Virus record (IMG/VR): IMGVR_UViG_3300045988_159500
Coordinates: 1-36,104 of that record
DNA length: 36,104 nt
Direction: 5' to 3' (one strand)
Source: a virus
Shown piece by piece: positions 36,050-36,104 of this stretch. The position numbers were made by a program, and so were the translations under genes. The notes under the pieces are model-generated. The model worked only from the letters and a program-made list of their open reading frames with translations, was not told where the DNA came from and did not search any database. Each line of letters starts with the position of its first letter. The first letter of the stretch is position 1.

Positions 36050-36104
36050 TTCCCTTATTCTCCACCATTAGATAATTAACCCTTATTTTATAAGGGTTTT
36101 TATT
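36050..36104. repeat. attR core direct repeat (identical to 1-55)
   Basis: Exact identity to positions 1-55. The repeat runs to the window edge, so its true length is unknown. Confidence 0.85.

Overview
The window is one complete integrated temperate siphovirus-like prophage of about 36 kb, with roughly 29% GC, typical of an AT-rich Firmicutes host. It is bounded by identical direct repeats of at least 55 bp (1-55 and 36050-36104). Gene order is classical. A tyrosine integrase sits on the minus strand next to attL. A metallopeptidase/HTH-repressor (ImmA/ImmR) pair lies divergent from a Cro-like gene. A long plus-strand early region of small ORFs follows, containing a recombination module with SSB, an ASCH-like protein, a minimal ATP-dependent RNA-ligase-like protein and a Cys-rich 478-aa protein. 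Next come an ArpU/RinA-family late activator, an ORF-free structured leader of about 650 nt carrying a tRNA-like gene, then TerS, TerL, portal, a Mu-F/SPP1-gp7 head-morphogenesis protein fused to a C3-like ADP-ribosyltransferase, scaffold, major capsid, head-tail and tail genes, tape measure, Tal-like tail tip protein, three tandem paralogous tail-fibre genes, XhlA-like protein, holin and M23 endolysin. A convergent HNH-like gene lies next to attR. Rho-independent terminators can be read directly from the sequence. The most unusual signals are: (i) a perfect (TTAC)x10 tetranucleotide tract inside a short leader ORF that has a strong RBS, whose stop codon overlaps (ATGA) the start of the first tail-fibre paralog, so one repeat unit gained or lost uncouples it; (ii) the late leader with a tandem 10-mer operator-like repeat, two terminator-like hairpins, a 24-codon hydrophobic peptide and an atypical tRNA-like gene; (iii) an exact 23-mer copied in several places around translation starts, and a 29-bp junction repeat next to a frameshifted gene remnant; (iv) a tape-measure reading frame that stays open for 267 nt upstream with no in-frame start, while the well-placed ATG is one frame off. 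No CRISPR array or rRNA is present.
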